Below, piece after piece: positions 48,400 through 50,679 of a DNA stretch of 50,679 nt. Numbering within the stretch: position 1 is the first letter of the stretch; every line of letters begins with the position of its first letter. The stretch is from Chloroflexi bacterium GWC2_73_18 (GTDB lineage: Bacteria > Chloroflexota > Limnocylindria > Limnocylindrales > CSP1-4), in contig MGMJ01000044.1 in assembly GCA_001794945.1 (NCBI GenBank), forward strand, positions 1,415 to 52,093. Direction: 5' to 3'. Made by a program: the position numbers and the translations under genes. Under the pieces are notes generated by a model, which worked only from the letters and a program-made list of their open reading frames with translations, was not told the origin of the DNA and ran no database searches.

Positions 48400-48941
48400 A
48401 CGCGGACCCGCCGGGCGAGCCGACCCTCGCCCAGCTCGAGGCGCTCTTCTTCGTCGCCGAGCGGCCGCTCTCGCGCCGCGAGATCGCCCGGCTCGCGGGC
48501 ACCGATGTGGGGACGGTCGACGAGCGCCTCGGCGATCTCCAGGTGGCGCTGCGAGAGCGTGGGATCCGCCTCGTCGCGGCCGGGGAGCGGGTCGAGCTGG
48601 TGACCGCGCCGGAGGCGGGGGCCCTGATCGCCCGCTACATCGGGGCGGAGGGGCTGCGGCTCACCCCGGCCGGGCTGGAGACGCTGGCCATCGTCGCCTA
48701 TCGCCAGCCGGTCACCCGCAGCCTCATCGACGGGATCCGCGGCGTCGATTCCGAGTACGTGCTGCGGACGCTGCTGCACCGGCGGCTCGTCGTCGAGCTG
48801 GGGCGCGCCGACACCCCCGGCCGGCCGTACCTCTACGGCACCGGCTTCGAGTTCCTGGAGCGCTTCGGGTTGACCAGCCTCGACGACCTGCCGCCGCTCG
48901 AGGCGGAGATCGCGGCGACCCTGGCCGGCGAGGATGCCTGA
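48396..48941 (+). CDS. scpB: Segregation and condensation protein B
   Basis: The translation includes LEALFFVAERPLSRREIA...LTPAGLETLAIVAYRQPVTRSLIDGIRGVDSEYVLRTLLHRRLV...GRPYLYGTGFEFLERFGL. GTG 48396 overlaps the scpA stop (GTGA). Confidence 0.9.
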   Translation: MNADPPGEPTLAQLEALFFVAERPLSRREIARLAGTDVGTVDERLGDLQVALRERGIRLVAAGERVELVTAPEAGALIARYIGAEGLRLTPAGLETLAIVAYRQPVTRSLIDGIRGVDSEYVLRTLLHRRLVVELGRADTPGRPYLYGTGFEFLERFGLTSLDDLPPLEAEIAATLAGEDA

Positions 48942-49749
48942 GGAGCGGCTCCAGAAGGTGCTCGCCGCGGCCGGCGTCGCCTCGCGGCGGGCGGCCGAGG
49001 CGCTGGTGGCGGCCGGGCGCGTCACCGTCGACGGGCGCGTCGCGGTGGTGGGCGAGCGGGTCGACCCGGAGCGCGCCGTCGTCGCCGTGGACGGCCGGCC
49101 GGTCGGCCCGGTGCGGCGGCACGTCTACCTCGTTCTGGCCAAGCCGATGGGGGTGACCAGCACGGTCGCCGATCGCCACGCCGCCCGGACCGTCCTCGAG
49201 CTGGTCCCGGCCGAGCTCCGCGCCGAAGCCGGACGGCTCTATCCGGTCGGGCGCCTCGATCGCGACTCCGAGGGGCTGCTCCTCCTCACCAACGATGGGG
49301 CCTGGGCGGAGCGGCTTCTCCACCCGCGGTACGAGGTCGAGCGCGAGTACTCGGTCGGTCTGCGACGTCCGCTGGGCGAGATCCAGGTCGATGCGCTGAC
49401 GAGGGGCATCGGGATGACCGAGGGACTGGCCCGGCTCGAGGTCCTCCGGCCGGCGAGCGCGGTCGAGGTGCGCCGGCTGGTCGGCCTTCTCGACCCGCCG
49501 CCACCTCCGCTCACCTGGTATCGCGCCACGCTGCGGCAGGGCTGGAAGCGCCAGCTGCGACGGATGTTCGTGGCGGTCGGGGCACCGATCGCGCGGCTGG
49601 TGCGCGTGCGCATCGGCACGATCCGGCTCGCCGAGCTGCGCACCGGCGAGACGCGCCAGCTGAGCGGCCGGGAGATCGGCCGGCTCGCCGCGCTGGCGCG
49701 TGACGCCGATCGGCGGGGGTCACGGCTTTCCGGGCCGGAGCGGCCTTGA
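48934..49749 (+). CDS. rluB: Pseudouridine synthase, RsuA/RluB family
   Basis: The S4 domain reads RLQKVLAAAGVASRRAAEALVAAGRVTVDG. The catalytic motif is YPVGRLDRDSEGLLLLTNDG, and YEVEREY is also present. Confidence 0.85.
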   Translation: MPEERLQKVLAAAGVASRRAAEALVAAGRVTVDGRVAVVGERVDPERAVVAVDGRPVGPVRRHVYLVLAKPMGVTSTVADRHAARTVLELVPAELRAEAGRLYPVGRLDRDSEGLLLLTNDGAWAERLLHPRYEVEREYSVGLRRPLGEIQVDALTRGIGMTEGLARLEVLRPASAVEVRRLVGLLDPPPPPLTWYRATLRQGWKRQLRRMFVAVGAPIARLVRVRIGTIRLAELRTGETRQLSGREIGRLAALARDADRRGSRLSGPERP

Positions 49750-49786
49750 CTCTCGCCCCGTGTGAGGGCCCAGGGTAGGCGAGGCG

Positions 49787-50599
49787 ATGAGAGACCTGGT
49801 GCCGATCGGCCGCTTCTCCAGGGTGAGCCGGCTCACCATCGCGGCGCTCCGGCATTACGACGAGCTCGGCCTGCTGCGGCCGGCGCACGTGGATCCGGAT
49901 TCGGGCTACCGCTACTACAGCCTGGCGCAGGCGGGCGACGCCGAGCGGATCCGCCTGCTCCGATCGCTGGAGATGCCGCTGGACGAGATCCGCGCCCTGC
50001 TCGATGAGCGGGAGGCAGCGTTGCGGCGCCGACTCCTGGAGCGGCACCGCGGGCGGCTCGAGGAGCGGCTCGCCGGCTCCCAGGCCTCACTCGCCTTCCT
50101 GCAGCGCCTGCTCGACGAGGAGGTGGGTCCCATGGACTACGAGATCAAGATCCGCGAGACGCCGCCGCAGCCGATGTTGAGCGTCCGCCGGCACACGTCG
50201 CTGCCCGAGCTCGGGCCGCTGATGGGGCGGACATACGGCGAGCTGTTCGGCTACCTCGGCCGGAACGGGATCCGGCCGGCCGGGCCGCCGTTCGCCATCT
50301 ACCATGACCCGGACTTCCGCGAGGAGGACATCGACGTCGAGATGGGCGTCCCACTGGCGGAGCCGGTCGCCGGCGAGGGCGAGCTGCGCGGCGGCGAGTT
50401 GCCGGCCGGGCCGGCCGCCTACACGTTGCACGGCGGACCCTACGAAGAGATCGGCCCGGCCTACCAGGCGCTGGTCGGCTGGATGCAGGTCCACGGCCAC
50501 GAGGGCGCCGGCCCGCCGCGGGAGGTCTACCTGGTGGGGCCGGGCCAGGCGCCCGACCCCTCGGGCTACCGGACCGAGATCGTCTGGCCGATCCGCTAG
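49787..50599 (+). CDS. MerR-family transcriptional regulator with a C-terminal GyrI-like effector-binding domain
   Basis: A MerR HTH (IGRFSRVSRLTIAALRHYDELGLLRP...GYRYYSLAQ) and a coiled coil are followed by a GyrI-like domain (...PFAIYHDPDF...DIDVEMGVPL...REVYL). Confidence 0.85.
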   Translation: MRDLVPIGRFSRVSRLTIAALRHYDELGLLRPAHVDPDSGYRYYSLAQAGDAERIRLLRSLEMPLDEIRALLDEREAALRRRLLERHRGRLEERLAGSQASLAFLQRLLDEEVGPMDYEIKIRETPPQPMLSVRRHTSLPELGPLMGRTYGELFGYLGRNGIRPAGPPFAIYHDPDFREEDIDVEMGVPLAEPVAGEGELRGGELPAGPAAYTLHGGPYEEIGPAYQALVGWMQVHGHEGAGPPREVYLVGPGQAPDPSGYRTEIVWPIR

Positions 50600-50679
50600 G
50601 AGCGTGTGTCGGTATTGGCCAGCGGGGCCACGCGGGCGGGTGCGAGAATCTGGTATGCGCACCAAGACGTTCCGCCCGT

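Noticed and set aside
50655-50679. An ATG-initiated ORF (MRTKTFRP...) running off the 3' end of the window.
   Set aside because: Only 8 codons are visible, which is too short to support a call.
1-50679. A search by eye for tRNA/rRNA genes, CRISPR repeats, transposase/IS ends, toxin-antitoxin pairs and known defence-system genes.
   Set aside because: I found none of the following:
- T-loop-like GGTTCGAATCC-type motifs
- regularly spaced 25-40-bp repeats
- DDE or HUH transposase-like translations
- short paired ORFs with recognisable toxin or antitoxin folds

This was manual inspection only. tRNAscan-SE, Infernal and defence-system HMM scans should confirm it.

Overview
This is a 50.7 kb, very GC-rich window (roughly 70-75% by eye) that is almost wall-to-wall coding. 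I call 45 apparently intact CDS (42 on the + strand, 3 on the - strand) and 3 decayed genes. I found no rRNA, tRNA, CRISPR array, transposase or prophage genes.

The backbone is housekeeping, and its order resembles Firmicutes/Terrabacteria: dprA-topA; murJ...murE; relA-hisS-aspS-cysteine desulfurase-mnmA-alaS-ruvX-mltG; pepP-efp; xseA-xseB-dxs-tlyA-nadK; scpA-scpB-rluB. Phylum cannot be assigned from the sequence alone. A high-GC Actinomycetota, Chloroflexota or Dormibacterota-like lineage is plausible.

Gene packing is extreme. Seven consecutive NTGA stop/start overlaps chain eight genes from topA to a P-loop kinase. Several unlinked housekeeping genes have a TANNNT hexamer 6-8 nt upstream of the start codon and no Shine-Dalgarno, which suggests leaderless mRNAs.

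Lineage-specific modules sit in the gaps of the conserved backbone:
1. A Tat-signal protein (35777-36949) built from about 21 decapeptide S-x-x-G-V-Y-G repeats plus a conserved C-terminal domain ending WFVIS. Two decayed tandem paralogues lie after aspS (21043-22416), next to copies of a GC-rich palindrome.
2. An FtsA-like actin-fold ATPase plus a bitopic membrane protein with a baseplate-J/gp47-like ectodomain. The pair is translationally coupled between alaS and ruvX-mltG (30864-33721).
3. Three Fem/CelD-type transferases between murJ and murE.
4. A minus-strand pair: a MobA/MocA-like nucleotidyltransferase and a DUF457::CDP-alcohol-phosphatidyltransferase-like fusion.
5. A divergent pair of C-tail-anchored proteins, one an amicyanin-like cupredoxin and one a CHRD protein.

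All functional calls come from motif recognition in the supplied translations. No database searches were run.
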